Assembly (NCBI GenBank): GCA_937873125.1
Contig: CALMWA010000310.1
Span: 1-43,318, forward strand
Direction of reading: 5' to 3'
Source: an uncultured Actinomycetes bacterium
GTDB lineage: Bacteria; Actinomycetota; Rubrobacteria; Rubrobacterales; Rubrobacteraceae
Length of the DNA: 43,318 bases
Shown here: positions 8,018 to 18,541 of the stretch, piece by piece
How the letters are laid out: the number at the start of each line of letters is the position of its first letter
How positions within the stretch are numbered: the first letter of the stretch is position 1
Position numbers and translations under genes: made by a program
Notes under the pieces: generated by a model
Told to the model about the DNA's origin: nothing
What the model saw: the letters and a program-made list of their open reading frames with translations, nothing else
The model's database searches: none

Positions 8018-8398
8018 TTGGATACGTTCGTTGAGTTAATGAAAGGCCTGTTGTTCGGTGGCATCGCGGTGGCGTTCTTTGTTCTGGCGTGGATGTTCTT
8101 GAGGCTTGCGAGGATCTTCTCGACCACCGAGAAGACGATAAAGGACGTCTCCAAAGAGGTCGTGCCGCTGCTCGGCAAGACGCACGTTACGGTGGACAAC
8201 ATCAACAGCCAGCTCTCGCAGCTCGACACGGCCGTCGGGGACGTCGCCGGGATCACTGGCGAGCTGGACCAGACCACCACCGTCATCACCCGCGGGGTGC
8301 GGAGCGGTGTGATCAAAGCGTCCTCCGCCACGGCGGGGCTCTCTCGCGGGATCAGCACGTTTCTGGGTGGCAAGAAGACAACCGAAGGGGAGGGCTAG
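8018..8398 (+). CDS. DUF948-like membrane-anchored protein
   Basis: TTG start. It has one N-terminal TM helix (LLFGGIAVAFFVLAWMFL) followed by a helical region (VDNINSQLSQLDTAVGDVAGITGELD), which is typical of DUF948. Confidence 0.65.
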   Translation: MDTFVELMKGLLFGGIAVAFFVLAWMFLRLARIFSTTEKTIKDVSKEVVPLLGKTHVTVDNINSQLSQLDTAVGDVAGITGELDQTTTVITRGVRSGVIKASSATAGLSRGISTFLGGKKTTEGEG

Positions 8399-8401
8399 CC
8401 G

Positions 8402-8737
8402 GTGGATGGCTGGGGCAAGATTTTGGCCGGAGCCGTAATCGGTGTGGTGGGGACGGTCTACGCGACGAACGAGGAGTTCCGCAAGCAACTGCCGAAGAAC
8501 GCGCGGGATCTGCCCGCGGCGGTGCGCCGCCGGTTCGACGAAGCGGTCTCGGCGGCCCGCGAGGCGTCGTCCAGCCGCCGGCAGGAGATCCTTCGCGACC
8601 TCGAAGACCACGGTGGCGGGGCGCACGCCGCCCGCGGTGTGGAGCCCGACCCGGCTGCGCCGGAGACTTCCGTGCCAGAGACGCCCGTGGTAACCGATCC
8701 GGACGCAACCCAGCAACTCTCCCGTCCGACAGAGTAA
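8402..8737 (+). CDS. YtxH-like general-stress-type protein
   Basis: GTG start 3 nt after the previous stop. It has an N-terminal Gly-rich amphipathic or TM segment (ILAGAVIGVVGTVYA) followed by a charged helix. DUF948/YtxH pairs are a known gene pairing. Confidence 0.6.
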   Translation: MDGWGKILAGAVIGVVGTVYATNEEFRKQLPKNARDLPAAVRRRFDEAVSAAREASSSRRQEILRDLEDHGGGAHAARGVEPDPAAPETSVPETPVVTDPDATQQLSRPTE

Positions 8738-8774
8738 ACAGAGCCCTCGGAATCGATCCGGGGAAGGAGTCGAT

Positions 8775-9053
8775 TTGACGACCGAAACGGATGCCGAGTA
8801 CACGTATCTGGAGGTTCCGCCCATGCCCGAGATGCGAGGATGCGTGGGGCTCGTAATGGCCGGGATGGCGGCGCGCGCCAAGATAGGGGTGGGCGGTCTG
8901 GACGAAGCGGTGGAGACATTGGAGAGCCTGCACTCCGAGCAAGAGCCCACCGTCTACCGGTTCTCAATGGACGAGGATCGGGTGGTGGCGGAGATCGAAG
9001 ACCCAGCTGATGGCGTGGCGACCTGGCGCACGGTGGTGGAACTCGTATCGTGA
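8775..9053 (+). CDS. Small acidic protein of unknown function; candidate minimal RsbW/UsfX-like anti-sigma factor
   Basis: TTG start with GAAGGAG 6 nt upstream. Its stop overlaps the GTG of the downstream sigma gene (GTGA). The segment YLEVPPMPEMRGCVGLVMAGMAARAKIGVGGLDEAVETLESL resembles the N-terminal sigma-binding helices of RsbW/SpoIIAB/UsfX. No ATP-binding N/G boxes are visible. Confidence 0.55.
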   Translation: MTTETDAEYTYLEVPPMPEMRGCVGLVMAGMAARAKIGVGGLDEAVETLESLHSEQEPTVYRFSMDEDRVVAEIEDPADGVATWRTVVELVS

Positions 9054-9826
9054 ACCGGCGTTACCGACGCCCCGACAAAGCCCGTACCCGGCGGTTACTG
9101 ATCGCCTACCACAAGCACGGCGACCAGCGCGCCCGTGAGCGCGTGATCGCGGAGCAACTCCCGCTCGCGGAGTTTCTGGCCCGCAAGTTCGCCGGGCGTG
9201 GGGAGCCCGTCGAAGACCTCGGTCAGGTTGGCTCCGTCGGCCTGATCAAAGCCGTGGACCGCTTCGACGTGGACCGGAACATCGAGTTCTCGACCTACGC
9301 AACCCCGAACATTCTCGGGGAGATAAAGCGCTACTTCCGCGATAAGGGTTGGGCCATGCGCGTTCCTCGCGGTCTTCAGGAATTGCGACAATCCGCGAAG
9401 GAGGTGATCCGGGACGAGACGATCAAGACCGGACGCTCCCCGACCGTCGAGGATTTGGCGAAAATTCTGAACGCCGACGAGGAGAGCGTGGCCGAGGCTC
9501 TCACCCTGGGACGCGCCTACAACACCGCCAGCCTCGACGCCCCCGTGAGCAACGAAGACACCGACGGAGACACGATCATAGACCTCCAGGCCGACGGCAA
9601 CTTCCCGATAGAGGGCCTGGAGGACAAGATCCTGCTGCAGAGCGCCATGCGCGACCTGAAGGACCAGCAGCAACAGATACTCAAGCTCCGCTTCAACGAG
9701 GGCAAGACCCAGACGGAGATCGCTGACGAGATCGGGGTGAGCCAGATGCACGTCTCCCGCCTGTTGCGCCGAGCCGTCGACGACCTGCGCGACCGGCTCG
9801 GCGAGATCGAGAGCAACGGGAACTAG
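9050..9826 (+). CDS. RNA polymerase sigma factor, group 3 (SigB/SigF/SigG-like)
   Basis: Region 2 reads DLGQVGSVGLIKAVDRFD...FSTYATPNILGEIKRYFRD. Region 3 is present. The region 4.2 HTH reads TQTEIADEIGVSQMHVSRLLRRA. Confidence 0.9.
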   Translation: MNRRYRRPDKARTRRLLIAYHKHGDQRARERVIAEQLPLAEFLARKFAGRGEPVEDLGQVGSVGLIKAVDRFDVDRNIEFSTYATPNILGEIKRYFRDKGWAMRVPRGLQELRQSAKEVIRDETIKTGRSPTVEDLAKILNADEESVAEALTLGRAYNTASLDAPVSNEDTDGDTIIDLQADGNFPIEGLEDKILLQSAMRDLKDQQQQILKLRFNEGKTQTEIADEIGVSQMHVSRLLRRAVDDLRDRLGEIESNGN

Positions 9827-9859
9827 AAAACGCCCGCCATCAAAGTACAATACCCTGAC

Positions 9860-12526
<2,667 letters not shown>

Positions 12527-12529
12527 CTC

Positions 12530-12973
12530 GTGCAGGCTTCGACCCGAGCCACAGGGAAGATCGCTGCCCTTGATCTCGGCGATGTCCGTACCGGCGTGGC
12601 TATCTCCGATCCCTCGCGCACTATCGCCCGTCCGGTAGAGGTCGTGGCGGCCGGAGAATTGACGGTGTACTTGAGAGGATTCATCGAGGACGAAGGTGTC
12701 GAGGAGATACTCGTCGGAGTCCCGAAGACGCTCGGCGGCGAGGTGGGCTTTCAAGCGCGACGTGTTTTGGATACACTAGGCGACCTGAAAAAGGTATTCG
12801 CCGGTGTGAAGTTCATCGAGTGGGACGAGCGGTTTACGACGCGCATGGCCATCGCCGGTCGTGGCGGCGGGCGTGGGAAGAAGGGCCGGGCATCCGGGGC
12901 CGGGGGGCGGGTGGATCACCTCGCCGCGGCCCGTATGTTGCAGGAGTACCTGGAGACGAGGGGGAATCCTTGA
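12530..12973 (+). CDS. ruvX: Putative pre-16S rRNA nuclease / Holliday-junction-resolvase-like YqgF
   Basis: Motifs seen: IAALDLGDVRTGVAISD, ILVGVPKTLGG, DERFTT, and AAARMLQEYLE. GTG start 3 nt after the alaS stop. Confidence 0.85.
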   Translation: MQASTRATGKIAALDLGDVRTGVAISDPSRTIARPVEVVAAGELTVYLRGFIEDEGVEEILVGVPKTLGGEVGFQARRVLDTLGDLKKVFAGVKFIEWDERFTTRMAIAGRGGGRGKKGRASGAGGRVDHLAAARMLQEYLETRGNP

Positions 12974-14085
12974 GGCGCTATAACAAAGGAAGACGACGGG
13001 ATCGCGAGGACTTGGAGGCGCGCTTGAACGCGCTGCAGCCCTCCCGCTCCAAGTCCCGCCGCAAGCGCCGCTCCAATGTTGGTCCCGCGATCCTGGGCAT
13101 CCTACTGATCGTCGGCGTGCTCGGCGTCATCTACCTGATCTACTCGACCGCGACCGGCGATAGCGCCGGTCAGCAAGCGGAGACCGGGGAAGGAACGGTC
13201 GAGGTGGTGAAGGGTGACACACTCTCCAGCGTCGCCGACAAGCTGGATGAAGCCGGCGTCATAAGCAGCGCGACTCTCTTCAAGCTCGAGGCCCGTCTCA
13301 GCGGCCAGAGCACCGAGATCAAGCCGGGCGAGTACACCTTCGGCGCGGAAGACGATACCGACGCGATCATGAAGAAGCTAACCTCCGGTAAGGACGTGCC
13401 GACGTTCGCCGTAACGATCCCGGAGGGTCTCACCGTGCAGCAGACCGCGGAGACCGTCGCCCAAAGCAGCGACGTTTCGGCGGACGACTTCGAGAAGGCG
13501 GCTAAGAAGACCGACTACGGTTACGCATTTCTTGAAGACCCCGCTATAAAGACCACCGAGGGCTTTCTCTTCCCGAAGAGGTACGACTTTGAGCGGGGTA
13601 CGACCGCGCCCCAGATAGTGAACCGTCTGCTGGAGCAGTACCTTCTGGAGACGGAAGGGCTGGATATCCAGGGGGCCAAGGATCGGCTGAACCTCACCGA
13701 GTACGAGCTCGTTACGGTCGCCTCGCTCATCGAGCGGGAGTCGGCGAATCCCGAGGAGCGGCCGATAATTGCATCCGTGATCTACAATCGCATCCGGCAA
13801 GGTATGCCGCTACAGATAGACGCTACGATTCAGTACGCGCGCGGCGCCCCGAAGGAGGAGCTCTCCCTGGACGACCTGGAGGTCGACTCTCCCTACAACA
13901 CCTACAAGAACCCCGGATTGCCTCCCGGTCCGATCGCCAGTCCCAGCCGCGAGTCGCTTCAGGCGGCCATCGAGCCCCAGGAGACGGATTATGTCTACTA
14001 TGTGCTGAAGGCCAACGGCCAGGAACATTACTTCACCAACAACTACGACGACTTCCTTCAGGCGAAGGCCGAGGCCGGCCGCTAA
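12970..14085 (+). CDS. mltG: Endolytic murein transglycosylase MltG (YceG-like)
   Basis: TTG 12970 overlaps the ruvX stop (TTGA). The protein has a basic tail, one TM helix (GPAILGILLIVGVLGVIYLIY), and a YceG domain (TIPEG.T, ASLIERE, IYNR, LQIDATIQYA, SPYNTY...GLPPGPI.SP). I rejected the track start at 12820. Confidence 0.9.
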   Translation: MRRYNKGRRRDREDLEARLNALQPSRSKSRRKRRSNVGPAILGILLIVGVLGVIYLIYSTATGDSAGQQAETGEGTVEVVKGDTLSSVADKLDEAGVISSATLFKLEARLSGQSTEIKPGEYTFGAEDDTDAIMKKLTSGKDVPTFAVTIPEGLTVQQTAETVAQSSDVSADDFEKAAKKTDYGYAFLEDPAIKTTEGFLFPKRYDFERGTTAPQIVNRLLEQYLLETEGLDIQGAKDRLNLTEYELVTVASLIERESANPEERPIIASVIYNRIRQGMPLQIDATIQYARGAPKEELSLDDLEVDSPYNTYKNPGLPPGPIASPSRESLQAAIEPQETDYVYYVLKANGQEHYFTNNYDDFLQAKAEAGR

Positions 14086-14288
14086 AGCAAGGTGGGATCA
14101 CCCGATAATCTATCTGTAGCTCCGTGAGGGATGGCTTGCATCCATTCATCGGTTTTGCGCCGGTTTCGCCAAGACGGTGTATCCTGAAGAAGTGAAGAAT
14201 ACTGCGGTACGGGGAGCGTGGGTGCTGGTAAACGTGAATCCACAAGGGATCTTGACCGGCCTGTGCATGAATGTGGAGGGAGTGAGTC

Positions 14289-17276
14289 ATGCTTTCGCAT
14301 GAAGGTAATCCGGCTCCCGGTGTGCCCCATGAACTCGGGGAGTATCTGCTGGGTGCTAGTATCTTCTCCGAAGAGCAGGTCACGCAGGCTAGGGAAAGGG
14401 CCAGGGCCGAAGGTGAGAGTCTGCGTAGGGCACTAGTCTCGCTCGGCCATCTCGGCGCGGACGAGATGGCGCGAACGCTGGCGAAGGTGCAGAACGTCGA
14501 GTACGTGGATCTCTCCAGCGCAAACTTCGACCCGGAGTTGATGGGACTCATCGCCGAAGACGTCCTGGTGCAGCACGGAGCCGTCCCACTCCGAGCGGAG
14601 AGTGGAAGCCTGATCGTGGCGATGACCGATCCCGGTGACGGTGACGCCCGCAGCGACCTCACCATCAGCGCGGGACACCCGGTTACGCCGGTGGTCGCTT
14701 CGGAGGAGGAGATCCGCCGGATACTCGACCGGCATTTCGGGTCGCGCGACGGGGCTACCGGCACGGCTACCGATACGGCCGTGAAGACCGCTCGCGGAAG
14801 TAACAGTAGTGGGCTGGTGAGCAGGCCGCAGGGTGGTTCTCCTGCTCCTCGCTTCGTTGGTCGTGGCAAGGGGCCGCCGCGCAAGCTCGGTGAGATCCTT
14901 GTAGATGAAGGGAAGCTCACCGAGGAGCAGTTGCAGGAAGCGCTGGCGATGCAGAGAAACGACTCGCGAGATCTCGGAGAAATCCTGATCTCGCTTGGCC
15001 TGGTAGAGGCTCAGGACTTGGCGCGGGCGCTCGCCCAGCGCCTCAAGCTCGATTTTGTCGTCATCTCGGAACTCTCGCCCTCCGACGTGGATCCGGACGC
15101 CCTGAACCTCGTCGAGGAGCGGACGCTGCGGAAGTATTCGGCGCTACCGCTAAGGTTTGAGGACGGGCGGCTGATAGTAGCGATGAGCAACCCGAACGAC
15201 CTCTTCGCCCTCGAAGACCTTCGGATCATAACGAAACGCCAGGTCACACCGGTCGTAGCGACGCTGGAAGATATCTGTGGCGCGCTGGAACATCTCTTCG
15301 GGGACGAGGAGATGTTACCTGCCGAGGCTGTCCAGACCGAACCGGCCGCAGGACTCTCCGATGCTGCGTCAAGCGTTCAAGACCTGGAGACAACAGAAAC
15401 CTCGCCGTTAGCGGATGAGTTGGCGGAACCGGAGACTCTGCGGAGCCCGCCCGCCGAAACCGCGTATGAGACCGAACCGACGGACCTAGCGTCGAGCGGC
15501 GACGAGATGCCGAGCCCGGCCGGCGAAGCGGTGCCGGAGCCCGACGCGCCGGACCGCGACGCCGAGGGATACCGTAGGGGCCGAAGGCCCGGTTTGACGG
15601 CGCGAATAGGGGACATTTTGCTCGCCGAGGGGAAGATTTCGGCGGGGCAACTGGAAGAGGCGAAGTTGGTGGCGCAGGAGCGGCGCCAGGACGTTGGTAA
15701 GACGCTCCTCGCGCTCGGTTACGTAAGCGAAGAAGATCTCGCGCGGGCGCTGGCGGCTAGGTTGCGCCTGGAGTTTGTAGAGATCACGGAGCGCGACGTG
15801 GATCGAGGCGCGTCGAGCCTCGTGGATCGACGAGTCCTGCGTAGGCTGGGAGCAATGCCGTTGCGGGTCTCGGACGGCAGGCTCGTCGTGGCGATGAGCG
15901 ATCCGACCAACATCCCTGCTCTGGAGGACTTGCGGATGATCTCCGGCTACCCCGTGACGCCGGTGGTGGCTCTGGACGAGGAGATACGACGAGTCCAGAA
16001 CAAGCTCTTCGCCGTGGGCGAGGAGGTAACGGAACTGCTGCAGGAGGCGGCGAGCGATTCGGTCTTCGAGGACCAGGGAGAGATCGAGTTGGGTGGCGAC
16101 ACCGGCGCCGACGACGCTCCGATAGTCCGGCTCGTCGGGTCCGTGTTGCAGCAGGCCGTTGGGGAGGGTGCCTCGGACGTTCACATAGAGCCGCGGGCGC
16201 GGGAGCTTACCGTACGCTACCGGGTGGACGGTGTGCTGCGGGAGGTCATGTCCATCCCGCCGAAGTTGCAGAGCGGCGTGATCGCGCGTCTCAAGATCCT
16301 GTCTAACCTGAACATCGCCGAACGCCGCATCCCCCAGGACGGCCGGTTCTCCGTGCGACTTGGCGGCCAAAAGATAGACGTGCGTGTCGCCTCGCTGCCC
16401 ACGGTCTTCGGGGAGAAAGTCGTGTTGCGACTCCTCGACACCTCCAACGTCGAGGCCAACCTGGAGCAACTCGGCTTCCGCGCGGAGATCTTCGAGACCT
16501 ACGAGCAGATCTTCCGTCGGCCGTACGGCGCTATTCTGGTGACAGGGCCGACCGGATCGGGCAAGTCGACCACGCTGTACGCGACGCTCAGCGAGCTGAA
16601 CTCCCCGGAGCGTAACATCATCACGGTCGAAGACCCGGTCGAGTTCAGGATGGAGGGGATCAACCAGATCCAGGTAAACGCTAAGGCGGGGCTCACGTTC
16701 GCCTCCGGGCTCAGGAGCATTCTGCGTAGCGACCCGGACGTGGTGATGATCGGTGAGATCCGGGACTTCGAGACCGCGAAGATCAGCGTCGAAGCCGCCC
16801 TTACCGGGCATCTGGTCCTCGCCACCCTCCACACTAACAACGCCCCGTCGGCGGTCAACCGCCTGACGGACATGGGGGTCGAGCCGTTCCTCACCTCCTC
16901 CGCCGTTGACTGCGTGATCGCCCAGCGTCTCGCCCGCCGGTTGTGCGGACATTGCAAGGCGCCGGTGGAGTTACCGGCGGATGTGTTGGACGATATGGGC
17001 TTTCCTTACGACCGCGCTCCCAGCGACGGCCTGCACTTCCATAGCGCCGTGGGGTGTGACCGATGCGGTGGAACAGGATACAGAGGCCGACTTGGCATCT
17101 ACGAGATGATGGTTGTTACACCGGAGATCCGGGACCTCATCCTACGCCGGGTCTCGACCGGCGAAATCAACCGCCTAGCGGTGGAGCAGGGTATGATGCC
17201 GCTGCGCGACGACGGGCTCCTAAAGGCCGCCGAAGGAGCAACTACCGTGGAGGAGATCCTTCGCACCGTGGTCTAG
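14289..17276 (+). CDS. pilB: Type IV pilus assembly ATPase (PilB/GspE family) with three tandem N-terminal GSPII/MshEN-like domains (Thermus PilF-like architecture)
   Basis: ATG with GGAGGGA upstream. Three repeats of the T2SSE_N pattern occur at about aa 15-150, 199-337 and 439-575. An acidic Pro/Glu/Thr linker spans aa 338-438. The ATPase core has Walker A GPTGSGKST, Asp box, Walker B VVMIGEIRD, His box, and the Zn tetracysteine CGHC...CDRCGGTGYRGR. Confidence 0.9.
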   Translation: MLSHEGNPAPGVPHELGEYLLGASIFSEEQVTQARERARAEGESLRRALVSLGHLGADEMARTLAKVQNVEYVDLSSANFDPELMGLIAEDVLVQHGAVPLRAESGSLIVAMTDPGDGDARSDLTISAGHPVTPVVASEEEIRRILDRHFGSRDGATGTATDTAVKTARGSNSSGLVSRPQGGSPAPRFVGRGKGPPRKLGEILVDEGKLTEEQLQEALAMQRNDSRDLGEILISLGLVEAQDLARALAQRLKLDFVVISELSPSDVDPDALNLVEERTLRKYSALPLRFEDGRLIVAMSNPNDLFALEDLRIITKRQVTPVVATLEDICGALEHLFGDEEMLPAEAVQTEPAAGLSDAASSVQDLETTETSPLADELAEPETLRSPPAETAYETEPTDLASSGDEMPSPAGEAVPEPDAPDRDAEGYRRGRRPGLTARIGDILLAEGKISAGQLEEAKLVAQERRQDVGKTLLALGYVSEEDLARALAARLRLEFVEITERDVDRGASSLVDRRVLRRLGAMPLRVSDGRLVVAMSDPTNIPALEDLRMISGYPVTPVVALDEEIRRVQNKLFAVGEEVTELLQEAASDSVFEDQGEIELGGDTGADDAPIVRLVGSVLQQAVGEGASDVHIEPRARELTVRYRVDGVLREVMSIPPKLQSGVIARLKILSNLNIAERRIPQDGRFSVRLGGQKIDVRVASLPTVFGEKVVLRLLDTSNVEANLEQLGFRAEIFETYEQIFRRPYGAILVTGPTGSGKSTTLYATLSELNSPERNIITVEDPVEFRMEGINQIQVNAKAGLTFASGLRSILRSDPDVVMIGEIRDFETAKISVEAALTGHLVLATLHTNNAPSAVNRLTDMGVEPFLTSSAVDCVIAQRLARRLCGHCKAPVELPADVLDDMGFPYDRAPSDGLHFHSAVGCDRCGGTGYRGRLGIYEMMVVTPEIRDLILRRVSTGEINRLAVEQGMMPLRDDGLLKAAEGATTVEEILRTVV

Positions 17277-17384
17277 GACCGGGCCGCGTCCGTAAACGAA
17301 CTAAACTTATCTGCTGCCCGTGCCGAAGAGTAGAATGTAACCGAAGACGCGGTATCTGCCGCCGAGTGTGTGGAGGATAGGCCT

Positions 17385-18527
17385 ATGATGCAGGAAGCCG
17401 GACTAAACGATTACCTCTTCGACGCGATCCGTCTGGGCGCGAGCGACCTGCACGTTACGGTCGGGGTCCCGCCGTCGGTACGGGTCAGCGGCAAGATCCG
17501 GCACCTCGACTATCCGGCGCTCACACCGAACATGACCCGCGAGCTTATCTACGACATCCTCTCCAACGACCAGCGCCAGCGGCTGGAGGGCGAACTGGAA
17601 CTCGACTTCGCGTATACGCTCCCGCGCACGGCGCGCTTCAGGGTGAACGTGTACTTTCAGCGGGGTTCGATGGGCGCGGCTTTCAGGACGATTCCGCATG
17701 AGATCCGGAGCTTCAACGACCTCGGCCTGCCGAAGGCTATCGAGGACATGACGGAGAAGCCACGAGGACTTGTGCTCGTCACGGGACCGACCGGCTCCGG
17801 CAAGTCAACCACGCTTGCGTCGATGATCGACAAGATCAACGAGACCCGCGAGGAGCACATAATGAGCGTGGAGGACCCGATAGAGTTCCTGCACAGCCAC
17901 AAGAAGTGCATCGTCAACCAGCGCGAGGTAAACCAGGACACCAAGAGCTTCGCCCAGGCGCTCAAGCACGTCCTGCGGCAGGACCCGGATACGATACTCG
18001 TCGGGGAGATGCGTGACCTGGAGACGATCCACCTCGCCGTGAGCGCTGCCGAGACGGGCCACCTGGTCTTCGGAACGCTCCATACTCAGGACGCGCCGCA
18101 GACGGTTGACAGGATCATAGACGTGTTCCCGTCTCATCAGCAGTCACAGATCCGAACGCAGCTAGCCAACGCCTTGCAGGGCATCATCACGCAGACGCTT
18201 ATCCCCAGGCGCGACGGTAAGGGGCGGGTCCCGGCCTGCGAGATACTGGTCCCGACGCCCGGCGTGCGTAACCTCATCCGGGAAGGGAAGAACCACCAGA
18301 TCTACTCCGCCATGCAGACCGGCGGTAAGTTCGGCATGCAGACGATGGACGCGGCGCTCGTGGACCTGGTCCGAAAGGGTCTCATCTCCCGCGAGGAGGC
18401 CGAGAAGCGCTCCAGCAACCCGGAGGAGCTGAACCGGCTGGCCGGTGGTAGCATGGGCGGGATGGGCGGCGCGCCTAACCGGCCCGCCGCGAGCTCGTCC
18501 GGCTCCTACGCGGCGCTCCGTCGATAG
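17385..18527 (+). CDS. pilT: Twitching-motility / pilus retraction ATPase PilT
   Basis: Motifs seen: ASDLH, GPTGSGKSTT, ILVGEMRD, GHLVFGTLHT, and the AIRNLIREgK-like motif GVRNLIREGKNHQIYS. ATG 17385 has GGAGGA 7 nt upstream. The track GTG at 17370 lies inside that SD. There is a C-terminal Gly/Ser-rich tail of about 30 aa. Confidence 0.9.
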   Translation: MMQEAGLNDYLFDAIRLGASDLHVTVGVPPSVRVSGKIRHLDYPALTPNMTRELIYDILSNDQRQRLEGELELDFAYTLPRTARFRVNVYFQRGSMGAAFRTIPHEIRSFNDLGLPKAIEDMTEKPRGLVLVTGPTGSGKSTTLASMIDKINETREEHIMSVEDPIEFLHSHKKCIVNQREVNQDTKSFAQALKHVLRQDPDTILVGEMRDLETIHLAVSAAETGHLVFGTLHTQDAPQTVDRIIDVFPSHQQSQIRTQLANALQGIITQTLIPRRDGKGRVPACEILVPTPGVRNLIREGKNHQIYSAMQTGGKFGMQTMDAALVDLVRKGLISREEAEKRSSNPEELNRLAGGSMGGMGGAPNRPAASSSGSYAALRR

Positions 18528-18541
18528 AGAGGATGTCGTAG

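Noticed and set aside
14086-14288. The 203-nt pilB leader, examined for a c-di-GMP riboswitch (GEMM-I/II) because the downstream ATPase has c-di-GMP-type domains.
   Set aside because: I could not find the conserved GEMM cores (for example ACGCAAAGC, or GGCAAACC paired elements). Only short 4-5-bp hairpins are present (GGTGggatCACC, GGATGgcttgCATCC). A covariance-model scan would be needed to exclude it formally.
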